Source of the DNA: an uncultured Acidobacteriota bacterium
Lineage (GTDB): Bacteria > Acidobacteriota > Thermoanaerobaculia > UBA5066 > Gp7-AA6
Reading direction: 5' to 3'
Length of the DNA: 64,000 bases
Assembly: GCA_963723535.1 (NCBI GenBank)
Contig: CAVRRE010000015.1
Location: 105,445-169,444 of the forward strand
Shown here: positions 31,018-40,277 of the stretch, piece by piece
Position numbering within the stretch: position 1 is the stretch's first letter
Layout of the letters: each line of letters begins with the position of its first letter
Notes under the pieces: model-generated
The model's database searches: none
What the model was told of the DNA's origin: nothing
The model's input: the letters and a program-made list of their open reading frames with translations, nothing else
Made by a program: the position numbers and the translations under genes

Positions 31018-32285
31018 GCGATGGCGAAAAGATACGGCATGAACTGGGCGCTCGGGTCGTTCGTCGTGTTGTCGATCGTGGCTCCGTAGATGATCAGACC
31101 GCCTCCGGAGAACGTGATCTCCAGCCACTGGCCGTCGGCGATCGCGAAGCCGTCGAGGAAATCGGTGACCGTCGACTGGATGAAGTAGTCCGCGGGGTAG
31201 TCGTGCGCGACGCTGTGGATCTCGACTCCGGCCGAATCGCGCAGGCGCACGTTGACGTGCACCGGCGCGCCGACCGTCCGAAGTCCCACGTTATAGCGGA
31301 AACGGTCGACGAGAATGGGACAGACGAGAGCTCCGGTGATGCTCGCGTTGGAGCCGGGAGCCTCCACGTCGTCGACCGCCACCAGCGACTCCGTGAAGCC
31401 GGTCGTTCCCGCCGTTCCGGCGTCATTGAAGATGCGGGCCAGCACGAGCGGCGCGTTGCCGCCCGCGGCATAGACGTCGAAGCTGCCGAGCCCGGACAGG
31501 CCCATGGCCGCGACCACGTCGTACCACGCGAAGGCCTGGCCGCCCGCGAGCGCGAAGCCCATCGTCGGATCGGACGGCGAGGCCGGCGCGCCCATGGGGT
31601 GGAACACGAAGTGGCCCGAGATCAGGCTGGCGCCCGGGTTCACGAGCTGCACGGACGTCCGGAAGAACGAGCCGAAGTTGCCGGGTGTCGATCCGACGAC
31701 GGTGACGTAGCCGACGAGCTCTTCGGTCGGCGCGGAGGCCAGGCCGAAGACGAGGTTGTCGACGTTCGCGGAAAGCGTGCCGCCGGCTTCGATCTTGCCG
31801 ATCTCGACCTGCACGAGCGCCGAGATCGCCCCGGCCGGTGCCGTGACGGTGTCGCTGACATGGATCCAGATCCCCCGCGCCGTGCTTGCGGTGAGGAGAC
31901 TGCTTTCGCCGATGGAGCCCTGGCAGGCCGCGCCGGGAGCCCATTCGATGGCCGTCCCCGCCGAGCCGGTCGACGCTTCGCCTTCGGTGAATCGCACGTC
32001 GAACGATACCGAGTAGTCCTGCCCGGCCGCGACCGGAACGCACGTCGTCAAAAGGGTCACGGGCGCTTCCCCGGTGGCGTTCGTGCTGGTCAGCAGCGCT
32101 GAGCCCGAAGAGGGCGAGCCGCCGGCGTCGAGCGACGACCATGCCGAGGTGCCGTCGGGGTTGGGGTCGTGGTGGAAGGCCTCCAGGTTTGCGTCGAACG
32201 TCCCCCCGGCGACCAGGTTCTGTCCCAGTCCGGCCGATGCCGCAAAGACGAACAGGGCCGCGAGACCGAAGATGCGACGACCCAT
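31014..32285 (-). CDS. hypothetical secreted protein (~423 aa, beta-rich, Gly/Ser/Thr/Ala-rich), intact
   Basis: Signal peptide MGRRIFGLAALFVFAASAGLG, then a long low-hydrophobicity beta-sandwich-like sequence (...FDVRFTEGEASTGSAGTAIEWAPGAACQG...VFGLASAPTEELVGYVTVVGSTPGNFGSFFRTSVQLVNPGA...FMPYLFAIA). No known motif recognised. Confidence 0.5.
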   Translation of the reverse strand: MGRRIFGLAALFVFAASAGLGQNLVAGGTFDANLEAFHHDPNPDGTSAWSSLDAGGSPSSGSALLTSTNATGEAPVTLLTTCVPVAAGQDYSVSFDVRFTEGEASTGSAGTAIEWAPGAACQGSIGESSLLTASTARGIWIHVSDTVTAPAGAISALVQVEIGKIEAGGTLSANVDNLVFGLASAPTEELVGYVTVVGSTPGNFGSFFRTSVQLVNPGASLISGHFVFHPMGAPASPSDPTMGFALAGGQAFAWYDVVAAMGLSGLGSFDVYAAGGNAPLVLARIFNDAGTAGTTGFTESLVAVDDVEAPGSNASITGALVCPILVDRFRYNVGLRTVGAPVHVNVRLRDSAGVEIHSVAHDYPADYFIQSTVTDFLDGFAIADGQWLEITFSGGGLIIYGATIDNTTNDPSAQFMPYLFAIA

Positions 32286-32326
32286 GACGGTCCTCCTCGA
32301 CGGGAATTGCCGCGCGCGAGGCCGGA

Positions 32327-33520
32327 TCAGGCGGCCGACTCCAGAACGACGGCGATGCCCTGACCGCCGCCGATGCATGCGCCCGCGAGGCCGTAGCGCA
32401 CGCCGCGCCGACGCATCTCCTTCAGGAGCGTCAGGGTCAGCCGGGTGCCGCTCGCGGCCAGAGGATGCCCGAGGGCGATGGCGCCCCCGTTGACGTTCAG
32501 CTTTTCGACGTCCAGGCCCAGCTCCCGGACGACTCCCAGGATCTGGCCGGCGAAGGCCTCGTTGATCTCCCAGAGGCCGATGTCGTTCTGTGAGAGTCCC
32601 GCCTTCGCGAGCGCTTCGCGCGCGGCCGGCGCGGGTCCCAGGCCCATGAGCTCCGGCTCGACGCCGACGACTCCCCAGGAGACGATCCGGCCGAGCGGCT
32701 TCTTCCCGCGCGCCGCGTCGGGCGAAGCAACGACCACCGAAGCCGCGCCGTCGACGATCCCCGAGGCGTTGCCGGCCGTGACGGAGCCGTCCTTGCCGAA
32801 GGAGGGCGGCAAAGCCGCGAGCCCTTCAAGCGTCGAGTCGGGACGCATGTGGTCGTCTTTCTCGACGCGCACGCTCTTCCGGCCCTGCTTGACCTCGACC
32901 GGGACGACCTCCTCCGAGAGGCGGCAGGCCGCCCAGGCCGCCGCCGTCCGCTGCTGGGAGCGGAGAGCGTAAGCGTCCTGTTCCGCGCGCGTGATGCCGT
33001 ATTTCGCGGCGACGCGGTCCGAAGTCTGCGCCATGTAGAGCCCGCAGTAGGAGTCCAGCAGCGCGACCATCAGAGTGTCCTCCAGCTGGCCCTGGCCCAG
33101 CCGGAATCCCTTGCGCGCGCCCCGGATCACGTGGGGCGCCTGGGACATGTTCTCCATCCCGCCGGCCAGGACCGTGTCCGCCTCGCCGAGGAGAATCCGC
33201 TGGGCCCCCTGGACGATGGACTCGAAGCCCGAGCCGCACAGACGGTTCACCGTCAGGGCCGGAACCTCTTTGGGAACGCCGGCCTTGAGCCCGACGTGGC
33301 GCGCGCCGTAGATCGCGTCGCCGGAGGTCTGGAGCACGTTGCCGAAGATGACGTGGTCGACTTGTCCCGGCTCGACCCCGCTCCGTTTGAGAGCCTCGGT
33401 CGCCGCGTGGACACCGAGATCGATAGCCGTGGTGTCGGCGAACGCGCCGTTGTAGTCGGCCATCGGGGTGCGGGCGCCGTCGAGAATGAAGACGTCGGTG
33501 GAAGGAGCCGTGGAAGCCAT
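32327..33520 (-). CDS. acetyl-CoA C-acetyltransferase (thiolase II), intact
   Basis: ...NRLCGSGFESIVQGAQRILLGEAD (Cys nucleophile) ...GNASGIVDGAASVVV...NGGAIALGHPLAASGTRL...GACIGGGQGIAVVLE (His/Cys C-terminal motifs). Confidence 0.9.
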   Translation of the reverse strand: MASTAPSTDVFILDGARTPMADYNGAFADTTAIDLGVHAATEALKRSGVEPGQVDHVIFGNVLQTSGDAIYGARHVGLKAGVPKEVPALTVNRLCGSGFESIVQGAQRILLGEADTVLAGGMENMSQAPHVIRGARKGFRLGQGQLEDTLMVALLDSYCGLYMAQTSDRVAAKYGITRAEQDAYALRSQQRTAAAWAACRLSEEVVPVEVKQGRKSVRVEKDDHMRPDSTLEGLAALPPSFGKDGSVTAGNASGIVDGAASVVVASPDAARGKKPLGRIVSWGVVGVEPELMGLGPAPAAREALAKAGLSQNDIGLWEINEAFAGQILGVVRELGLDVEKLNVNGGAIALGHPLAASGTRLTLTLLKEMRRRGVRYGLAGACIGGGQGIAVVLESAA

Positions 33521-33538
33521 AGAGGCCGGGAGTTTACC

Positions 33539-34582
33539 TCAGGGAAACGCCTCGATTGCGGCTTGGTGAAAGCGCTGGCGCACCTCGTTGAACGGGATCT
33601 CGCGCACCTCCGGGTGGATGCGGTTGGTCAAGAGGACCAGGACCCGGTCGCGCTCCGGGTCGACCCAGACGGATGTCCCGGTGAAGCCCGTGTGACCGAA
33701 ACTGGACTCGGACATCTCGGGGACGGCGGAGCCGGCGCCGCGGCGGCCCTGCCACCCGAGGCCTCGCGCCTCGGCGTGCTCGGCCGTCCGATCCCGCGTC
33801 CAGGCCCGCCGCGCAGGATCGAGCCACACCCGCGCCAGCGCCCAGACGTCGCGCGCCGTGCCGAAGAGGCCCGCGTGCCCCGAAACCCCTCCGCGGCGAA
33901 ACGCGTTCCCGTCGTGCACTTCTCCCCTCACCACGCCGTCGCGGAAACGACCGTAGGAGAGACCGCGCACCTCGACCATGGCCCGCTCAAAGCGATCGTC
34001 CCGTTCGGTGGCCGCCGTGGGGAGCGATCGCGTCGGGAGGAACTGCGCCGACGATCCCGCCGGCGCCGCGACCGACTCGGCGAAGACGCGCTCGAGGGGC
34101 GCCGTGAAGACCGACTCCAGGATCTCGGTCACGAGGAGGAAGTTCAGGTCGCTGTAAATCACCCGCTCGCCCGGAGCGGCGATCGGCTCGATCTCTCCCA
34201 GCGTGCGGCGATAGGCGGCCGCTCCCTCTCCCCGGACGTACATGGGAAACCAGGACTCGAGGCCCGACGTGTGCGTGAGCAGCCGCTCCAGGGTGATCCC
34301 CTCGAAGCGTGTCTTCTTCCACTCCGGCACGAACCTTCCCGGAAGCGTGTCGAGCGGAAGACCGGCGCCAGCCGCGAGGAGCGCGCCGGCGCACAAGGGC
34401 TTCGTCAGGCTCGCGAGGTCGAAGAGCGTCTCCGGCGCGACGTCGCTCGGCTCCGGTTCCACGGAGGAGCGGCCGGCCACCGCCGCCTCGAGGACGCCCT
34501 CGGAGCTGCCGACGAGCGCGGAGGCGCCCGGGAACGAGCCGGCGTCGATCTCCGCGACAAGAAAATCGGAGAGCGCCGTCAC
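33539..34582 (-). CDS. serine hydrolase of the beta-lactamase/PBP-like (S12) family
   Basis: GTG start overlapping the upstream stop (GTGA). ...ETLFDLASLTKPLCAGALLAA (S-x-x-K) ...YSDLNFLL...HTGFTGTSVWVDPERDRVLVLLTNRIHP. Confidence 0.7.
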   Translation of the reverse strand: MTALSDFLVAEIDAGSFPGASALVGSSEGVLEAAVAGRSSVEPEPSDVAPETLFDLASLTKPLCAGALLAAGAGLPLDTLPGRFVPEWKKTRFEGITLERLLTHTSGLESWFPMYVRGEGAAAYRRTLGEIEPIAAPGERVIYSDLNFLLVTEILESVFTAPLERVFAESVAAPAGSSAQFLPTRSLPTAATERDDRFERAMVEVRGLSYGRFRDGVVRGEVHDGNAFRRGGVSGHAGLFGTARDVWALARVWLDPARRAWTRDRTAEHAEARGLGWQGRRGAGSAVPEMSESSFGHTGFTGTSVWVDPERDRVLVLLTNRIHPEVREIPFNEVRQRFHQAAIEAFP

Positions 34583-35152
34583 GGACCGGCCGCTTCGATC
34601 TCGGAGCGGCGCCGCTCGACCCGCGCGGCGTTGGCCGCGACCACCGAGACGAGGGGATCGGGCCTTCGGAGCGCCGCCCGCTCCCGCTCGAGAGCGGCGA
34701 TTTCGCCCTCCATCCGTCGGGCCGCGGCCGGCGTCCACCGCCCCGCGGCGAGCCTCGCGAAGGGTGGCGATCGCCCGGCCGTAGCTCTCGAGGACGGTCG
34801 ATGTCGCCCGCCGGGAATCCAGGACGAGCAGGGCCTCGACGATGCGCGCCCGCACCCAGTCGAACTCGGCGGGCGACGCCCCGACTGCCCTCGCGGCGGC
34901 CGCCTCCGACACCGACGTGGGCGAGGCCCGGAGGACTTGCAGGTACATTTCGATCTGCGCGTCGCTCAGCCGGCCGTCGGAGGGCGGCTCAAAACGGGTC
35001 TCGAGGCGGCTGCGCACCGCCCGGACGGCGTCGGCCGAGGCCCGTTCGGTTCGGCCGCAGGCGGCGGCGAGACAGAGCGAAAGGATCCAGGCGAGGGAGA
35101 GGACCGCAGGAGGCCGGCGCCGCACGCCCACAGTGTACCGTCTCGTGGCCAC
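34579..35152 (-). CDS. hypothetical lipoprotein, frameshift near 34690; fused to the downstream hydrolase by the ORF caller
   Basis: MATRRYTVGVRRRPPAVLSLAWILSLCLAAACGRTE (lipobox LAAAC) ...RLSDAQIEMYLQVLRASP...TVLESYGRAIATLREARR | WTPAAARRMEGEIAALERERAALRRPDPLVSVVAANAARVERRRSEIEAAGP* (read manually in the -1 frame). Confidence 0.5.
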
Positions 35153-35223
35153 AAACTTCGGCGAGCGAATGGTTTCCGGCCGCCCGGCCTTCGTTTACAC
35201 TTACAGGGTTTCACGGCTGACGG

Positions 35224-37110
35224 ATGCTCGAAAAAATCGGCAAATACGAAGTTTCGGAGCAGATCGGCGTCGGAGGTTTTGGCGCGGTCTACCGGGGGCG
35301 GGATCCGTTCATCAAGCGGACCGTCGCCATCAAGACCTGCCAGGTCAACGACGAGGAGATCAAGCACCGCTTCTTCCGCGAGGCCGAGCTCGCGGGGAAT
35401 CTCCACCACCGCCACATCACGACGATCTACGACTTCGGCGTCGAGAACGGCATCCCGTACATCGTCCAGGAGTTTCTGACCGGCGAGGATCTCGACAAGA
35501 AGATCAAGCGCGGCGAGCCGATTCCGATCGCCCGCAAGATCGAGATCCTGATGTCGATCGCCGACGGCCTCGGGTACGCGCACACCGCGTCGATCATCCA
35601 CCGCGACGTCAAGCCGGCGAACGTCCGGATCCTCGAGGACGGCACCGTCAAGGTCATGGACTTCGGCATCGCGAAATCGCTGCAGAGCGACTCCAACCTG
35701 ACGCAGACCGGCATTACGCTCGGCACCTCGGCCTACCTCGCCCCCGAGCAGATTCGCGGCGAGCCCATCGACCGGCGGACGGACATCTTCGCGCTCGGCG
35801 TCGTCGCGTACGAGCTGCTGACCTACCGGAAGCCTTTCCGCGGGGAGCACCTCTCGACGGTCCTTTACAAGATCCTCAACGACACGCCCGAGCCGATCGG
35901 CTCACTCGTCCAGGACGCGCCGCCCGCTCTCATCGCGGCGGTCGGGCGCGCGATGTCCAAGGTTCCCGACGACCGCTACCCGACCATGGAGGCCTTGCGC
36001 AAGGACCTGCAGGCGATCTCACCGCGAGATTTCGGGCTTCTCGGGCATGTACCCGACACTCGGGGGCGACACGGTGCGGACGCTGCGGCCCGAGGAGGAC
36101 CTCGAGACGACCCTCGCCACGCCGTCGAGCGGCGTCGCGCCCATCCACGCGGGCATCACGCCGCCCTCGGGGGCTCTGGCCCGCGTGCCCGCGCCCTCGG
36201 ATGCGACCCCGACCTCCCAGGCGATCTCCGGCGCCCGCCCGCCACTCGAGCTCGTGAACTTCCGCGACCCGAGGCTCGGACCCGGCCAACGAGGACACGG
36301 TCCGCAGGATCCAGCGGCGCCGTCAGACCGGCGAAGGCGGAGCCTGCGGCCGCGCGGTCGAAAAGCATGACCTTCGTGGCGATCGCGGCCGTCCTCGCCG
36401 CGGGCATCGCAGCCTACTTCGCGGTCGTCCGCCGACCCGGCATGCCCGCCCCGGCGCCGATGGCGACGCCCGCACCGGCGCCGGCCGTACCGACGCCCGC
36501 CATCGAATTCCCCGAGCCCGAGCTCGGCGCCGGAGAGGCGCCGGCCGACGTCCACAGGCGCGGCGGCCGCGCCCGCCCCCGCGCCCCGGCCGCCGCAGCG
36601 CCCGTTCTCCCACGGCGCTCCCCGCACCCGCCGCGGAAGCGAAGCCCGCGGCTCCGGCGCCGCCGGCCACGTTCAAGGTGCAGTTCTCGTCGGTTCCCGT
36701 GGCGACGCTGTCCGTGGACGGCAAGAAGATCGGCCCGTCGATTCCCGCCCGCACCCTCTCGCTCGAAGAGGGAGAGCACACCGTTCGACTCGAGGCGCCC
36801 GGATTTTCCGCCGTACGAAAAGAAGTTCCGCGTCGGCCCGAAGTCGGAGAACCGGGTCCACTACCAGTTCCCCATTTCGATGCTCGTCATTCAGGCGCCC
36901 GGATGGGCGGGGGCCCGCGTTCTCGTGGACGGGAAGTATCGCGGTTCGCTGCCCGATGCCTCGCGACTCCGGCTTCCTCCCGGCTCCTACAGCGTCACCC
37001 TCTCGCGCGAGGGCTCGAGCCCCGTGACCGAGAAGGTCGACGTGCCCGAAGGCTCACCGAAAACCTGGAACGCGCCGCCGCCCTCGCCCGCGGCCGCCGG
37101 AGGTCCATGA
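35224..37110 (+). CDS. Hanks-type Ser/Thr protein kinase with TM segment and C-terminal PEGA domain; several frameshifts (~36020-36800)
   Basis: YEVSEQIGVGGFGAVYRG...VAIK...IIHRDVKPANV...DFGIAK...GTSAYLAPE kinase motifs. TM segment MTFVAIAAVLAAGIAAYFAVV. PEGA-like C-terminus ...FKVQFSSVPVATLSVDGKKIGPSIPARTLSLEEGEHTVRLEAPGF | YEKKFRVGPKSENRVHYQFPISMLVIQAPGWAGARVLVDGKYRGSLPDASRLRLPPGSYSVTLSREG. Confidence 0.8.
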   Translation: MLEKIGKYEVSEQIGVGGFGAVYRGRDPFIKRTVAIKTCQVNDEEIKHRFFREAELAGNLHHRHITTIYDFGVENGIPYIVQEFLTGEDLDKKIKRGEPIPIARKIEILMSIADGLGYAHTASIIHRDVKPANVRILEDGTVKVMDFGIAKSLQSDSNLTQTGITLGTSAYLAPEQIRGEPIDRRTDIFALGVVAYELLTYRKPFRGEHLSTVLYKILNDTPEPIGSLVQDAPPALIAAVGRAMSKVPDDRYPTMEALRKDLQAISPRDFGLLGHVPDTRGRHGADAAARGGPRDDPRHAVERRRAHPRGHHAALGGSGPRARALGCDPDLPGDLRRPPATRARELPRPEARTRPTRTRSAGSSGAVRPAKAEPAAARSKSMTFVAIAAVLAAGIAAYFAVVRRPGMPAPAPMATPAPAPAVPTPAIEFPEPELGAGEAPADVHRRGGRARPRAPAAAAPVLPRRSPHPPRKRSPRLRRRRPRSRCSSRRFPWRRCPWTARRSARRFPPAPSRSKRESTPFDSRRPDFPPYEKKFRVGPKSENRVHYQFPISMLVIQAPGWAGARVLVDGKYRGSLPDASRLRLPPGSYSVTLSREGSSPVTEKVDVPEGSPKTWNAPPPSPAAAGGP

Positions 37111-38741
37111 AACGCATCGCCGCGCTCGCCCTGTTTCTCGCCGTCCTCGGAGTTCCGGCCGTCCCGCTCGCCGCGCAGGAAGACCTCAAACTCGAAGCCG
37201 ACGCCAAGAAGGCATTCGACTCGGGCCGTTTCAAGGAAGCCGCCGACAAGTACGCGAAGGCCGCCGGGGTCGCCGGCGTGCCGGTGGAACGGCAGGCGGA
37301 TCTTCACCTGCAGAGCGCCTGGGCGTACTACATCGCGGGCAACTCCAAGCGGGCGCGCGAAGAGCTCAAATCGGCGGTCACGGCGCGGCCGGACCTCCAG
37401 GTGATCCCCGACTTCTACAGTCCCGACTTCGCCAATCTCGCCGGAGTCGTCCGCGCGGAGGTCGCCGGATCCAACGTTCCGGCGTACGACGTCGAAGAGC
37501 TCAAGCGCTCGGCCCGGGCGAAGCTCGCCGACGGCAAGGCCGAGGAGGCGCTCCAGGATCTCAAGCGCGCCTCGACCTCGCGCGACCCCGAGGTCTTCCG
37601 GATCCAGGCCGAAGCCTCCGAGCGGCTGGGCCGGACTGCGGACGCGGAGGCGGCGCGCCAGCGCGCCGCGGAGCTCGAGAAGGGTTCGGTGAGCTCGGCT
37701 CCCATCGGGGCTCCGCTCGATCCCGGCGCGCCCCTCGAAGCTCCCCCCGTCGTCTCGATCGTCCCGCTGCTCGAGAACGCCGAAAAGGCCCTCGTCGGCG
37801 GAGACTACCGTGCCGCCGCCTCGTACGCCCGCCAGGCCTCCGAGGCGGACCCGAAGAGCGCCGAGGCGCACCGGCTCCTCGGCGACGCCGCGCTTCTGGG
37901 AGGCCAGGGAGCGGAGGCCGATCGCGAGTTCACGGCCGCCATCGTTCTCGAGCCCGGCAACACGAAGGCGGTCTTCGGCCTGGCGACGATCGCCGAACAG
38001 CAGAAGAAGTGGAACACGGCCGCGAGCCTCTACCGCCGGGTTCTCGACCTCGATCCCACGAACGTGGCCGCCGCGCGGGGGCTCGGCCGGTCGATGACGG
38101 AGCTCGGCGACAAGAGCGCCGCCCGCATGGCCTTCGGGCGCGCGATCGAGAACGATCCGGCGGCGGCCGAGTCTCGCAACGACTTCGGAGTCTTCCTGTT
38201 TCGCTCGGATGAGCTCGACCGCTCGATCGAGGAACTGATCGAAGCCGTACGGCTCGATGGCTCCAGGTCCGTCTACCACGAGAACCTAGGGAGGGCCTAC
38301 CGGAAGAAGGGACTGTCCAGGGAGGCCGAGCGGGAGCTTGCCGAGGCCGCGCGGCTCGCGCCGAACGACGCCGCCGTCTGGACCGCCCTCGGCCACGTAC
38401 GCGCGGACCAGAAGAAGGTGGACGACGCGGCGGCGGCATTTTCGACGGCCCTGTCGCTCGACCCCGCCAGCGAGGACGCGGCGACCGCTCTCGGCTCCGT
38501 GCTCGCCGACGCGGGCAAGCTGGCGGAGGCCGATGCCGCGCTCGTGAAGGCGATCGAGGCGAACGCGAAGTCGTCGGTCCTCTGGAACAACCTGGGCGCC
38601 ACGCGGGTTCGGCGCGGCAACACGGCGGGAGCCATCGAGGCGTTTCAGAAGGCGCTGAGCATGGACCCGGGCTTCGACGCCGCCCGAGCGAACCTCGCCC
38701 GCGCGACCGAACTCGCCGTTCTCGAGAAGGCCACCTCCTAG
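37107..38741 (+). CDS. TPR-repeat protein with signal peptide, intact
   Basis: ATGA overlap with the kinase stop. MKRIAALALFLAVLGVPAVPLAAQ, then many TPR-like repeats (AEAHRLLGDAALLGGQGAEADREFTAAIVLEPGNTKAVFGLA...). Confidence 0.75.
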   Translation: MKRIAALALFLAVLGVPAVPLAAQEDLKLEADAKKAFDSGRFKEAADKYAKAAGVAGVPVERQADLHLQSAWAYYIAGNSKRAREELKSAVTARPDLQVIPDFYSPDFANLAGVVRAEVAGSNVPAYDVEELKRSARAKLADGKAEEALQDLKRASTSRDPEVFRIQAEASERLGRTADAEAARQRAAELEKGSVSSAPIGAPLDPGAPLEAPPVVSIVPLLENAEKALVGGDYRAAASYARQASEADPKSAEAHRLLGDAALLGGQGAEADREFTAAIVLEPGNTKAVFGLATIAEQQKKWNTAASLYRRVLDLDPTNVAAARGLGRSMTELGDKSAARMAFGRAIENDPAAAESRNDFGVFLFRSDELDRSIEELIEAVRLDGSRSVYHENLGRAYRKKGLSREAERELAEAARLAPNDAAVWTALGHVRADQKKVDDAAAAFSTALSLDPASEDAATALGSVLADAGKLAEADAALVKAIEANAKSSVLWNNLGATRVRRGNTAGAIEAFQKALSMDPGFDAARANLARATELAVLEKATS

Positions 38742-38742
38742 G

Positions 38743-39642
38743 GTGGGATCCGCGCTCGCCGCCTGGATCTGGCCCCTCGTGGCAGCCGCAACCCTGCACC
38801 CGCCTCCGACCCCGCCGACCGACGCCGCCTACCGGGCCGAGATCGAGGCCTGGCGAACGCGCCGGCTCGCGCGGCTGACCGCCGAGGACGGCTGGCCGTC
38901 GGTCGTCGGGCTCTTCTGGCTCGAGGACGGCGACAACAAGGTCGGCAGCGCGAAGGACAATGCGATCGTCCTCCCTCCCTCGGCTCCCGCGCGGATGGGC
39001 TCGATCGTGCTCGAGAAGGGCCGGGCGACGCTGCGGGTTCTCCCCGGGGTCGAGCTCACGGCGGACGGCGAAAGGGTCACGGCTCCGCGCGTCCTCGCGT
39101 CCGACGCCTCCGAATCGGCGACCCTCCTCCGCAGCGGAACCCTGCTCTTCTATCTCATCGAGCGCGCCGGGAAGCTCGGCGTTCGGGTCAAGGACAGCCA
39201 GAGTCCGGCGCGGCGCGAGTTCCACGGACTCGAATACTTCCCGATCGACCCGTCCTGGCGGTTGACGGCCCGCTTCGAGCCGTACGATCCGCCGCGGTCG
39301 ATCTCGGTCCCGAACGTGCTCGGCCACGACGACTCCGAGAAATCTCCCGGGGCGCTGGTCTTCGAGAGGGCCGGCCAGACCTACCGCCTCGACCCGGTGC
39401 TCGAGCGCGGCGAGACGGAGTACTTCGTCATCTTCGCCGACTTGACCAACGGGAAGGAGACGTACGGCGCCGGGCGATTCCTCTACGTCCAGCCGCCGGT
39501 GAACGGCACGACGATCATCGACTTCAACAAGTCCTACAACCCGCCGTGCGTCTTCACCGATTACGCCACCTGCCCGCTCCCGCCGTCCGCAGAATCGGCT
39601 GCAAGTGAGAGTCGAGGCGGGCGAGAAGGAGTACGGCCACTA
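38743..39642 (+). CDS. DUF1684-domain protein, frameshift near 39590
   Basis: GTG two bases after the TPR stop. ...EYFPIDPSWRLTARFEPY...YRLDPVLERGETEYFVIFADLTNGKETYGAGRFLYV...CVFTDYATCPLPP | QNRLQVRVEAGEKEYGH* is typical of the DUF1684 family. Confidence 0.65.
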
Positions 39643-39699
39643 GGAGTTGAGGGTTGAAAGTTCAGCGTTGGCGTCTGGCCGACAGCCACTCCGACGCTC

Positions 39700-40255
39700 A
39701 ACGTCTCAACTCTCAGCGCATCCAGCAGCTCCTTCAACATCCTCGCCGTCGCTCCCCAGATCACCGTGTCGCCGTAGTGGTAGAAGAGGACGAGCTCCTC
39801 GCGCCCGGGAAACGGCTTCGTCTCGAGCGCCGCGGGGTCCAGAAGAGCCGCCACGGGCACCTCGACGAGGCCGGCGATCTCCGATTCCTGAAGGCGAAAC
39901 ACGTACGGGTACGGGATCGCGCCCACGTAGGGCTCGACGTAGTAGTCGGTGACCGTCGTCAGCGGCGAGAGCGCTCCGAGGTAGCGCACGTCGGCGGGCG
40001 AAACGCCGATTTCCTCCTCGGTCTCCCGCAGCGCCGTCTGGTAGAGGGAGGCGTCCGTCCTCCTCCTGCCCGCCGCCCGGGAACGCGATCTGGCCGCGAT
40101 GCCGCTCGACGCTCTCGGTTCTCTTCGTCAGCAGCACCCAGAGCGCGCCGTCCCGCACGAAGAGCGGCGCCAGGACTCCGGCCCGTCGCCGCCCCGGCGT
40201 CCGGCGGGGCCTCGCCGCGCTCGCGATCCGCGAGCCGCTCGCGCACCTCGTCCAT
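39700..40255 (-). CDS. NUDIX hydrolase, CoA pyrophosphatase (NudL-like); frameshifted near 40050; boundaries uncertain
   Basis: ...[26 protein letters not shown] | ...[46 protein letters not shown]...[14 protein letters not shown]...[21 protein letters not shown] box and CoAse motif. Confidence 0.55.
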
Positions 40256-40277
40256 CCAGGTGCGCTGCCGGCGCCGG

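Noticed and set aside
39561-39720. Apparent ~80-nt convergent overlap between the DUF1684 and NUDIX genes
   Set aside because: It is probably an artefact of frameshifts in both 3' ends. An alternative frame of the NUDIX gene stops near 39700, and the DUF1684 true stop is at 39642.
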